Positions 1 through 11,087 of a stretch of DNA of 64,000 bases are shown piece after piece. The stretch lies in the NCBI RefSeq assembly GCF_006345805.1, contig NC_043022.1, positions 22,010,001 to 22,074,000 on the forward strand. The letters run 5' to 3'. The translations under genes and the position numbers were made by a program. The notes under the pieces were generated by a model, which searched no databases, was not told the origin of the DNA, and saw nothing but the letters and a program-made list of their open reading frames with translations. Position 1 is the stretch's first letter. Each line of letters starts with the position of its first letter. Source of the DNA: Octopus sinensis (taxonomy: Eukaryota).

Positions 1-204
1 AAATGGTGCCTTTTATGTGCCACCTGCACAGGAGCCAGTCCAGCGGCACTGGCAATGAGCATGCTCGAATGTTTTTTCACGTGCCAGTAAGGCACTTCGA
101 TTGGAAAATGTTCCGCTTTCCAGCCTGTGTCTTCACATTCCTTGAGGAGGTTTACATAATGGTTAAATTTTTGAGCCCGAGCGGTGTCCATATTATAATA
201 ATGA

Positions 205-450
205 AATTATTGTATACAGTGCTCAGGTGCACCACAACTTGTCAGACAGTGCATATAAAGCACATGCAGTAATGTACAAATGTCTGGAAAGCGAACAGTG
301 TACAAGTCAGATACATGCTTGCGTGTGTATGGAGGGGAGAAAATCAGGTGTAGTGTTGGTGAATCTCAGAAAGCATGGAAGTTTTGAAGGATGCAGTGCT
401 CCGACAACTAACAACTGATGCCAGCAGTTTGTTCCATGCTTCAGCAACAA
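205..450. repeat. Unclassified interspersed repeat with (AAT)n end
   Basis: Its first ~140 nt are a near-identical reverse complement of 44088-44235 (gtgctcaggtgcaccacaacttgtc...). Confidence 0.55.
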
Positions 451-1145
451 CTATTACAGGTGAACATAAGACAATGGTGATGATGACTGCTACTGCTGCC
501 ACTGCTATCACCATCATCATCGTTGTCGTCATCATTGTTGGCAATGTTATCATCATCATCATTATCATCATAATTACTTTCAACAGCATCTCTGACAGAC
601 AGTTATAGGGGAATAGCATAGTTTACCATTTTAACGTTTCCTTCCACTAAATGGCTGGTACTTTATTTTACTGACCTTTGAAGGATGAAAGGTAAAACAG
701 AACCAAGCGGAATTTCAACTCAGAATTAGCAACAAGACCAGATAAAGAGACAGAAAGATTATCATCTTATCTGTGGCCTTAAATAGTTACACAAACAAAA
801 TATCTGTGTAAATATATTATATATACACATCCCACACACATTACTGTTACCATACATATGCTACCACCATCACCACCACCTCCGTGTTACTCTCAACCTT
901 GCCCTGCTTCCAAATGTTAAAGTGGAGGTGGAAGAACGACATCTTGTTCTGCATCACTGTTGAGGGTGGCGGGGGGGGGGAGAGAGAAAGAGAGAAGCAG
1001 GAATGAAGGCAGCTACATCACAACAGTTGAAGAATTGGGAAAACTAGCCTTATCTTCTTGATGAAAAGACAGAAGTGGCAGTGGTGGCCTGACACATCAT
1101 TATTGAAGCTTTGATCAGGATGTGTGTGTGTATGTGTGTGTGTGT

Positions 1146-1197
<52 letters not shown>

Positions 1198-1719
1198 TGG
1201 AAAGATGTGCTTCTGAAACAGCAATGTCAAACACATTACACTCATGCTGGAGCTCTCTCACCCACAGACACACAAACTATCACAAAATATTACACACACA
1301 CACACACACCATTACCCCACACCAAACTCAACCCATATCATACAATCACCACATCCACAATGAACAACTCACACACCACCACCACCACCACCACCACCAT
1401 CATCATCATCACATCTACACACACACACACATACATTAAGAGACAAGTGAAAGGAGAGAGATAACAAAATGATGTTAAAACAACACCACCCACCCCAGGA
1501 TGTCTGAAATACCAACTGAGTTGATACTTCAGATACCATGTGTCTATCTTGTTATATGGGATATCAACACACACATTAATTAATTGATGTTTCCCTTTTT
1601 GTATAAGCATGTATACGAGTGCATATATGGGTATCATGAGTATGTTTGTGTATGCTTGTATGTGTATATAAGTGTATGTATTTATGTATGTATGCATGTA
1701 TATAGACACATATATACAT

Positions 1720-2154
1720 AGATGTTTTCCTGGGGCTAAAAGGAGTAACATCATCCCACATAGGACTGTCACTTTGTGTTCGCAAATAGACTTTAATGCA
1801 CAGTACTGTTACTACATAGCTCTTGCTCGGAGATTTAAAACTAGCTGTTTTGCACTTTATGAGATCAGCATCTGTGTGTCGCTTTAAAAAGTATATACCG
1901 TGAGCAAAAGTGAGTGGCTTCTATCTCTGGTCAGAGGTTGTCTTGTACTGACGAAGGGTAATTACCCGGACACCATTGGTCTACAGGTATCACTACTGCT
2001 AGAAAGGGAGTCGTAGACTAAGACTCCCTTGCTCACAGTATGTGGACACAGATCATGTGTCAGTAGCCAGCTGGAAAAGATGTTTCCCTGGGGCTAAAAA
2101 GTAGTAACATTGTCCTACTTAGGACTGACACTTTGTGTTGGTAAACAGACTTTA
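1720..2154 (+). mobile_element. Short non-autonomous element with terminal direct repeats and a hammerhead motif (Penelope-associated/retrozyme-like)
   Basis: ~76-nt direct repeats at 1720-1795 and 2078-2154 (about 85% identical), internal HHR motif, TA-rich microsatellite flanks. Confidence 0.6.
1942..1987 (+). ncRNA. Degenerate minimal type I hammerhead ribozyme
   Basis: Stem I cttgta/tacagg, CTGACGA core, stem II gggt-aatt-accc, stem III acca-t-tggt, GTC site; the GAA core strand reads GGAC (defective). Confidence 0.6.
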
Positions 2155-2172
2155 CAATATATATATAAATAT

Positions 2173-2467
2173 ATCACCGTGACCGACCAGGCTATCAGAT
2201 GTTGTTTCACATCGCTGGTCACAATGCGTTTTGCATTGTTTTAGCCTTCAAATGATGCCACCCCGCTGGCTAAGTGACCAGGCCAACAGATGTGAGAGAA
2301 AGTTGTGGCGAAAGAGTACAGCAGGGATCACCACCACCCCCTGCCAGAGCCTCGTGGAGCTTTAGGTGTTTTCGCTCAATAAACACTCACAACGCCCAGT
2401 CTGAGAATTGAAACCGCGATCCTACAACTGCGAGTCCGCTGCCCTAACCACTGGGCCATTGCGCCTC

Positions 2468-2470
<3 letters not shown>
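2173..2470 (-). mobile_element. tRNA-derived SINE (sister family of 18420-18643)
   Basis: Minus strand begins gtggaggcgcaatggcccagtggttagggc (A box) with a B-box-like ggtttcaattct; head shared with 18420. Confidence 0.8.
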
Positions 2471-2501
<31 letters not shown>

Positions 2502-2648
2502 CATACATGTACAAAACTTTTGGCCCTTGAGTCACTCTTGCTTCTGCTAAATGTTAATAAAAATATACATATACTCATATTTTGAATTCTAGTTTTCCTG
2601 TTTTTACAACACCTACCTTGTACACACACATGCACACACACACACAAA

Positions 2649-2860
2649 ATGGGTACTGAAAAGTTCCTGGCCTTGGGTAAAAGAAAATACAGGTGGATCA
2701 GTTAATTATGATTTTATTCAACCTATTCTCCTCTCAGATTCACACACTTATTGCAGTAGTCTTTCCGTCTTTCTAAGCCCTGTATAAGAACTCGGAAGGT
2801 TGGTCCCCCAACCAGGCCTTTCGTGATACCCTTAAAGCCAGGAACTCTTTAGCCTCCCCT
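2649..2860. mobile_element. Mariner-type MITE
   Basis: Imperfect TIRs (ctgaaaagttcctggc / gccaggaactcttt); inverted homologue at 29937-30156. Confidence 0.7.
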
Positions 2861-2883
2861 TGTGTGTGTGTGTGTTTGTATAT

Positions 2884-3109
2884 ACTCTTTCCTCTTTTAC
2901 TTGCTTCAGACATGTGACTGTGGTCATGCTGGAGCACCGCCTTCAATCGAGCAAATCGCCTCCAGGACTTATTATTTGTAAGCCTAGTACTTATTCTATT
3001 GATCTCTTTTGCCGAACCGCTCAGTTACAGGGACGTAAACACACCAGCATCGGTTGTCAAGCAATGCTAGGGGGGACAAACACACACAAACATACACACA
3101 CACACACAC

Positions 3110-3156
<47 letters not shown>

Positions 3157-3316
3157 TACGACGGGCTTCTTTCAGTTTCCATCTACCAAATCCACTCACA
3201 GGGCATTGGTCGGCCCGAGGCTATAGTAGAATACACTTGCCCAAGGTGCCACGCAGTGGGACTGAACCTGGAACCATGTGGTTCGTAAGCAAGCTACTTA
3301 CCACACAGCCACTCCT
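2884..3316 (-). mobile_element. SINE family A (tRNA head, CORE-like accttgggcaagt segment, internal (CA)/(TA) microsatellite)
   Basis: Full-length copy of the most abundant ~400-bp repeat in the window (more than 15 full or partial copies). Confidence 0.85.
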
Positions 3317-3774
3317 ATAATACAGTATAGATGTGCGTTTGCTCAAGTAAGCAAGTGATGCGCAAATCAAGTTGTAGTGAGAGAGAATATGATTAAAAGT
3401 AGTCGCACACTCACATCCAAACAAGGAAACATATTTGGTAAGTAAAGTCCTAATTCTGCTCACTAACTAAAACTAAAGTATAGCAGCATGTCAGTTTGTC
3501 TATACCTACATACATATCTATGTACACCCCACCACAGCACACATAATACACGCATGCATACATACGGGGCAACTATACACACATGAACCAAAAAAGGGAA
3601 CATCTTAATCTGAAGCATTTAATTAATGAGAACTTTCTGGAACTAATTAAATATTAGTTGGCACAATGACTAAATCTAAATGAAAAATAAATGAATGGAA
3701 ATAATGAATACTGAATATACCTACATAAAGAAAATATGCATATATTTACAGTTACATACTAAAATATATATATA

Positions 3775-4720
3775 TCATCATCATCATCATCGTTTAACGT
3801 CCGCTTTCCATGCTAGCATGGGTTGGACAGTTCAAATACGGTCTGGGAAGCCAGAAGGCTGCACCAGGCTCCAGTCTGATCTGGCAGTGTTTCTACAGCT
3901 GGATGCTCTTCCTAACGCCAACCACTTCGTAAGTGTAGTGGGTGCTTTTTACGTGCCACTGGCACAGGTGCCAGACGAGGCTGGCAAACGGCCACAATCG
4001 GATCGTTATATATATATACATTTATATATATATATATATATATATGTATATCATCATCATTTAACATCCATTGTCCATGCTGGTATGGGTTGGCCAGTTT
4101 CATCAGGGCTGGTAAGCTGAGAGGCTGCACCAGACTCCATTCTGATTTGGCACGGTTCCTATGGCTGGATGCCCTTCCTAACACCAACCTCTCTCAGAGT
4201 GTAATGGGTGCTTCCATGTGCCACCAGCACAGGTGAAAGTTTCATGACACCAGTATCTGTCACAAATATGATATCACTTGCTTGATGGTGGTCTTCTTAA
4301 GCACAACATATTGCCAAAGGTCACTTGTAATTGCCACAATGAGGGCAAACAGTTGACAGGTGCTTTTTATGTGCCACTAGCGTAGGTGCCAGTTACACGA
4401 CACCAACAGCTGCTACAACTATGATTTCACTGGGCTTGATGGGTCTTCTCAAGCAGAGCCTATTATCAAAGGTCTCAGTTACTAGTCATTGCCTCTGTGG
4501 AGCCTGACATTCGAAGATCATGCTTCACCACCTCATCCCATGTCTTCCTGGGTCTTCCTCTTCCACAGCTTCCCTCCACATTTAGAGATCGGCATTCTTC
4601 CCACAGCTGCCCACATCCAGTTACATCCACATGACCATACCAATGCAGTTGTCCCTCATGCACACTACATCTGATGCCTCTTATGCTTACACACTGACAT
4701 TGCACATCCAGCGAAGAACA
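3775..4720 (-). mobile_element. RTE-clade LINE 3' end fragments (family C 3' UTR with (GAT)n tail)
   Basis: Minus ORF LHWYGHV...GRGRPRKTWDEVVKHDL is typical of the RTE ORF C-terminus; it runs into the family C sequence ending in (GAT)n. Confidence 0.8.
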
Positions 4721-5427
4721 CTAGCTTCATTTCTTTCAAGCCTACGTATGTACGATTGCATGTATGTATACGTGTATACTTGCGTGTGAGCCTGAGGTGA
4801 GGAGGAGGACAAGAGGTAGATAATGATGATAGAGATAAAGATAAGGTTCCATATCTATACAATAAATATGTTACAGTATATATAGAAGAGTGTAGTGTAC
4901 AAACACACAGAATTTTCCCTTAGACACAGTTTGCTAAACAGAAATGGTAAGTGAGAGAGTAGGTGGGGGTCAAGCCATAACCCCTGATATGTTTGTTGCA
5001 AAGCTAAATATATTTGAAATATATTTATATTTCATAAACACACATACACACACACACGTGGGTGGGTGGGTGTATGTATGTTTTACAGTGCTATATATTC
5101 TTTACAGGTATAGGTTGATGTATAAATATAGAAAGAGAAAAAAGTAGTGCATAAGGTATGTATATCAAATCTATGTCATATGTGATAACACGAATGAAAG
5201 TGCCTATACATGGCTATATGTATAGGACTGGAATATCAAGTGTATATGCGAACTGCAGCCATGCTGGGGTAACACCCTGAAAAGTTTAGTTGACCAAATT
5301 GATCCCAGTCCCTTTTTTTTTTCTTTAGCCTGCTACTTATTCTATTAATCTCTTTTTGCTGAAACACTAAGAATGTGGGGATGTAAACAAACCAACACCT
5401 GTTGTTAAGCAGTGGTAAGGTACAAAC

Positions 5428-5650
5428 AGTGGTGAGCTGGCAGAAACGTTAGCACGCTGGGCGAAATGCGTAGCCGTATTTCGTCTGCCGTTACGTTCTG
5501 AGTTCAAATTCCGCCGAGGTCGACTTTGCCTTTCATCCTTTCGGAGTCGTTTAAATAAGTACCAGTTACGCACTGGGGTCGAAATAATTGACTTAATCCG
5601 TTTGTCCCCTCTGTGTTTAGCACCTTGTGGGTAGTAAAGAAATAGGTAAG
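5428..5650 (+). mobile_element. SINE family B (tRNA-like head, gcctttcatcctttcggggtcgataaa central domain)
   Basis: Matches copies at 27998, 45680, 46145 and 57560. Confidence 0.8.
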
Positions 5651-6543
5651 GGACAAACGTACACATAAATGTGTGTGTGTGTATGACAGGCTTATTTCTA
5701 TCGACCAAGTCCACCTCTCACAATACTTTGGTTAGCATGGGGTTCTAGTAGATGACACTCGCCCGAGGTGCCTTAATGAAAATTATAGTATTGTTTATCC
5801 ATGTATATCTATCTGTTTGTGAAAAAATGCATCCAGTACACTCTGTGAAGCAGTTGCTGTTATGAAGGGTACCCATCTGAAGAAACCATGCCAAACCTGA
5901 GACAGCGGATAAGACCCGATCCCCTGACTCGTTAGATCCTATCACACCATCCAGTCCATATCAGACAAATGATAATGATGATGATGATGATATAAGTTCC
6001 TCGTTAGGTTGTAAGAGACATGAAAAACATTTCTTTCACAATACAACCTGAATAGGGAAAAACAGGAAAAGGACAAGAATAACTTCATTTCTCCTGAATC
6101 TATTATGAGATCCAAGCCACAATCAATCAATTTGGCTATAAAATAAATAATTGGAGAAACAACACACACCTCACTTCCGCCTTTTTCTCCAACCTCCTTT
6201 GCTCCGCTGAAAGCTTGTCATGAATATTTAACTGGATTGTCAATCAATTTGATCAGAATACAAGTGAAGTAGAAAAAAGAAGAACAACAACAACAGAAAC
6301 CTCCCTCCCCTCTGTTATATTCTCCTGTCTTTTCTCTTTTCACCCCTGAGTCTATCAATTATGTTAAGAAACAGTTGTTATAGCAGCAGGAAATGTTGAT
6401 ATTTAGATATTTATGTACTACTGAAAGATGAAAGAGAGATAGAATATGTGATGACATGTCATTTATGCAGATCAATAATTCATATATAATATATAAATAT
6501 GTGAATAGGTATCTGTGTGCTTCTGAGAGTGTATGTATAAGTA

Positions 6544-6584
<41 letters not shown>

Positions 6585-6587
<3 letters not shown>

Positions 6588-6868
6588 TGACAACCTGGCC
6601 ACTGGTGGTGGTGTAACACACCATACTAATCATATCTGTCGGGCATGTGGAAGAGAGTGTAATTCGGCAGGAGGACTCAAACGACATGCAAAGGTACATG
6701 AAGCCCAGTTACAACTACAGCCAGCTATTACCAGTAAAGGTTTTAGTTGCCAATTTTGTACAAGACATTTTGGATCTTTAGCTGGGCTAAAAAGTCACAT
6801 TCGATCACAGCACCAGTAACAGTTAAGCTTCGTGCAATGGCCATACTCGATAACGAGGGGGCAGCCAT
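6585..6868 (+). mobile_element. 5'-truncated RTE-like LINE end encoding two C2H2 zinc fingers
   Basis: CRACGRECNSAGGLKRHAKVH and CQFCTRHFGSLAGLKSHIRSQH, stop, short 3' UTR ending cagccataa; (TA)n on both sides. Confidence 0.65.
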
Positions 6869-6889
6869 AATATATATATATATATATAT

Positions 6890-7355
6890 AATCAAATTTG
6901 ATGACTGGCATCCGTGCTAGTGGAGTGCTAAGAGCACCATCTGAGCGTGATCGTTGCCAGAGCAGCAAACTGGCTTCGTGCCGGTGGCACGTAAAAAGCA
7001 CCATTCAAGTGTGATCATTACCAGTGTAGCCTTACTGGCATTTGTGCTGGTGGCATGTGAAAAAACATTTGAGCATGGTCATTGCCAGTGTTGCTGGACT
7101 GGCTCCTGTGCAGGTGGCATGTAAAAAACACCATTTGAGCACGGTCGTTGCCAGTACCGCTTGACTGGCCCTCGTGCTGGTGGCATGTAAAAGCACCCAC
7201 TACACTCTTGGAGTGGTTGGAGTTAGGAAGGGCATCCAGCGGTAGAGACTCTGCCAGATCAGATTGGAGCCTGGTGCAGGCATCTGGTTCGCCAGTCCTC
7301 AGTCAAATCGTCCAACCCATGCTAGCATGAAAAGCGGATGTTAAACGATGATGAT

Positions 7356-7357
<2 letters not shown>
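6890..7357 (+). mobile_element. Family C (RTE 3' UTR/SINE-like) copy
   Basis: Subrepeats tgccggtggcacgtaaaaagcacc, then ...ggacgttaaacgatgatgatg-type tail. Confidence 0.8.
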
Positions 7358-7404
<47 letters not shown>

Positions 7405-7679
7405 CAATATAATTATCCAGGTACTTGGATGGTATTTTATTTTGTCAACTCTAGAAGGATGAAGGGCAAAGATGACTTCAGTGGGATTTGAACCCAGAAC
7501 ATAGAGGGCTGTAACTAAACATTGCAACACATTTACCATGACACTCCAATGATTCTGTCAGTTCATAATTTTTTGGTGGGTGGGCAGAGCTGATTAAAAC
7601 ACCTCAGTATTTAGCTGGTGTTTACTTTGTCAATACCAGAGAGATGCAAGGTAAAGTTGACTTTAGCAGGAGGTGAACA

Positions 7680-8030
7680 TCATCATCATCATCGTTTAAT
7701 GTCCGTTTTCCATGCTAGCATGGGTTGGACGGTTTGATCGGGGTCTGGGAAGCCGTGAGGCTGCACCAGGCTCCAGTCTGATCTGGCAGTGTTTCTACAG
7801 CTGGATGCCCTTCCTAACGCCAACCACTCTGTGAGTGTAGTGGGTGCTTTTTACGTGCCACCGGCACAGGTGTCAGGGGAGTCTGGCAGCAGCCATGATC
7901 AGTTGGTGCTTTTTATGTGCCACTGGCACAGAAGCCAGTCAAGGCGGTGCTGGCATCAACCACGTTTGGATGGTGCATTTTACGTGCCACCGGCACAGGT
8001 ATCACAACTACTATTTCCATTTGATATTTA
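7680..8030 (-). mobile_element. Family C copy
   Basis: Begins catcatcatcatcgtttaatgtccg (reverse complement of the tail). Confidence 0.8.
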
Positions 8031-8231
8031 TTTCAATGTTCATGTACTTTGAATGGGCTGGGGCTATGCGGAACTGGTGCAGGAAGCAGCCTGGGTCTAT
8101 GCAGTCACAGCATATCTCCAGAGATATGAAACACAAAGGCTTGTAATTGAATGCTATAAAGTCTTTTGTTCTCCGTTTTCCCATTCTGCCAATTCAGACT
8201 AAAAAAAATTCTTCCACCTTTGGCAAAAGGC

Positions 8232-8262
<31 letters not shown>

Positions 8263-8709
8263 CACGCATGCATGTGTGATGGGGAAGGTCAGGGAGTTGG
8301 GAAATAAGTTGCGGAAACTGGTGTTAAATGAAATCCAATATTTGATTGATACTTTATTGTATCAGAACACAATTGAAAAACAACAAGAGCCAAAATCCAA
8401 GTCAAACAAACACATGTCGACATAGTCGCTAAACAAGCTAAAAATAGCAGCCAATTTCCCCCGAAATTCAGACTGTAAAATGTGGCAAACAATAAGATAT
8501 AGCAGTTCACTGCTGGACATTTCCTTTTTCATGTCTGAATATGATTTTTGGTTGCTCTACCGACTCTTAAAGCTGCTACACTAACTTAATGATGACTGGG
8601 CACTGACGAATAAAATACTCGTTATTTCAAGTTAATTGGACTAAAAACTATATGAAGTAATGTATTTTGCCCAAGGATACAAAAATACCTCCCAAACGGA
8701 ATTGAAACT

Positions 8710-8980
8710 ATGTGTGGCTGTTGCCAGCCTCGCCTGGCCTCTGTGCCGGTGGCACGTAAAAAGCACCATCCGATCATGGACATTTGCCAGCCTCGTCTGG
8801 CATGTAAAAAGCACCCACTACACTCATGGAGTGGTTGGCGTTAGGAAGGGCATCCAGCCGTAGAAATACTGCTAGATCAGATTGGAGTCTGGTGCAGCCT
8901 TTTGGCTTCCCAGACCCCAGTTGAATCGTCCAACCCATGTCAGCACGGAAAGTGGACACTAAACGATGATGATGATGATT
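8710..8980 (+). mobile_element. Family C copy
   Basis: ggcgttaggaagggcatccag...aaacgatgatgatg. Confidence 0.8.
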
Positions 8981-10072
8981 TTATGATCAAGAACCTGGTT
9001 GCTAAACAACTAAGCTATGTGAATTCTCATTTAATTTTTTTACATTGTAAAATTTATAATATTCAGGAAATTAAATGGTATAATATAATCAAAGATACAT
9101 GATGCCTGAAAAAATAGGCATGGTCTGAATGTTTTTTGATTGTATGTCTGGCTCTGTCAAAGGCTACCCAGGAGCTAATTGTTGACAACAACATGCCACC
9201 TAGCACCATCGTCTACAATCTCTTCCACTCTTTTTCTCTGAAACTACCACGAGATCCAACAGGCTGTCAATCAATGATGTTAGCAAGCAGTTGCTAAAGT
9301 GGCAGGAAATGTTGATATTTAAAAGTTTATGCTTGTGAAATTGGAGAGAGAATGTGATCACATGTAGTTTAATACAGATCAATGTGTGCATGTGTGTGTG
9401 TGTGTGTTTTGCAATACACACACACACACACATATATGCAGAGGTGTTATAGTAGCAGGAAATGTGAGAGAGGCTGTGACTGCACTTAGCTGCAAATGGA
9501 TCAATAATCCATAGAGATTAAATGTGCAACATTGCAATACATACACAAGCCCCTTATAAATTATAAAGGCTTTTAGCTGTTGATGTCTATTCATAAGTCA
9601 GCCCTATTCAAGCAGAATAATGAGTACAACATTCCAAGCGTGACCATCACATCTTTTACTTTTATGCAAAGAACCAAGGAACACATTACAAAATGTGCGC
9701 CTTTCTTAGACAGTTGGGTTGGATATGTTCGAACAAGATTTGGCTGTTATTTCTAGGAAGTTGAGAGACCATATAGAAGCTCCTTTGGAATTGCCTTTGT
9801 GTGTGTTAGCATAATAGTGCAGTAAATATGTATGGATACCATCACTGGATTTACTGTATCCCAAATGATTATCTATTTCATTGATCTCGGATCAATCTCA
9901 CTTTCTAACAATGTTCTTACAAGGAACAACATAACAGGGTTTTGCAAACTAACAATGAATTCTCTACTACATAGTGTATGGTTAAGGAGCTCAGTTTGCA
10001 CCCACATGGCCTTGGCTTCAGTCCCACTGCACAGCAGCTTAGGTAAATGTCATTGTTGTTGTTGCTGTTGTC

Positions 10073-10400
10073 ATTGTTCAGGTCACTGCCTGGAATCGAA
10101 CTCGGAATCTGGGGGTTAGTAGCCCGTGCTGTTAACCACTACGCCACGGGCATATGGTGTAGTGGTTAAGAGTGCGGGCTACTAACTCCAAGATTCCGAG
10201 TTCGATTCCAAGCAGTGACCTGAACAATATAACAACAACAATAATAATAATAACATCAAAAAATACCTTAGGAATGAGAACCCAGGTTCGAAATTTCCCC
10301 AAGACACCTGATGAAGGCTGGAGGGTATATCAGCCGAAACGTGTCAACAACAAACAAGATGAGAACAAATATCCGTTGAATGTAAAAATTTAAATAATGG
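10073..10400 (+). mobile_element. Composite element: head-to-head tRNA-like heads followed by a hammerhead-containing segment
   Basis: 74-nt inverted arms 10073-10146 and 10155-10228; A box TGGTGTAGTGG and B box GAGTTCGATTCC; HHR motif at 10303-10345. Confidence 0.7.
10303..10345 (+). ncRNA. Minimal hammerhead ribozyme motif, probably defective
   Basis: gacac-CTGATGA-a-ggctg(gagggtatat)cagcc-GAAA-c-gtgtc. Stem I gacac/gtgtc pairs, but no separate NUH triplet lies between GAAAC and stem I. Confidence 0.65.
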
Positions 10401-10695
10401 TAATATTTTTTTTTTGCCACTTAACCACAGGCAGTATATTACTTGTCCTTCACTTCAGTTTCACTATTGTTCTTATTTTAGTGTCCTTTTTCTGAAATCT
10501 TTCATCAGACATCCTGTAACCTCTTCAGTAATTCTCCATCCCCACGTGTCTCCTCCTGTCTTGTTTAGTCCATTCTCTATATTGAATATTTAGGCATGAT
10601 GTTACAACAAAAGGGCTGGGGACAAAATTAAATCTAATCTGGTTTTTGACAAGTACTTCATCAACCCTAGTACAGTTGTGTTCTAGGGTTGATTA

Positions 10696-11087
10696 GGTGC
10701 AGGTGTGGCAGTGTGGTTCCAGGTTCAGTCCCACTGCCTGGCACCTTGGGCAAGTGCCTTCTACTTTCGCCTCGGGCCGACCAAAGTCTTGTGAGTGGAT
10801 TTGGTAGATGGAAACTGAAAGAAGCCCGTCGTATATATGTATATATATATATGTGAATTTGTGTGTGAATACATTTGTGTGTCTGTGTTTGACCCCCCCA
10901 CCACCACGACCACATCGCTTGACAACCGATGCTGGTGTGTTTACGTCCCAGTAACTTAACGGTTCGGCATAAGAGCCCGATAGAATAAGTACTAGGCTTA
11001 CAAAGAATAAGTCCTGGGGTCGATTTGCTCGACTAAAGGTGGTGCTCCAGCATAGCCACTGTCAAATGACTGAAACAAGTAAAAGAG
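10696..11087 (+). mobile_element. SINE family A
   Basis: Near full-length copy ending gaaacaagtaaaagag. Confidence 0.85.

Noticed and set aside
2860-3463. Recurring ORFs such as ...PKVPRSGTEPGTMWLVSKLLTTQPL and ...SVSIYQIHSQG
   Set aside because: They come from SINE family A copies and recur wherever the SINE does, with variable frames and stops.
6583-6819. Host C2H2 zinc-finger gene
   Set aside because: No TGEKP linkers or splice context, a LINE-like 3' UTR and (TA)n flanks; treated as a retroelement fragment.
6960-7200. Regularly spaced tgccggtggcacgtaaaaagcacc repeats resembling a CRISPR array
   Set aside because: Eukaryotic context; the spacers are themselves homologous subrepeats of the RTE 3' UTR family.
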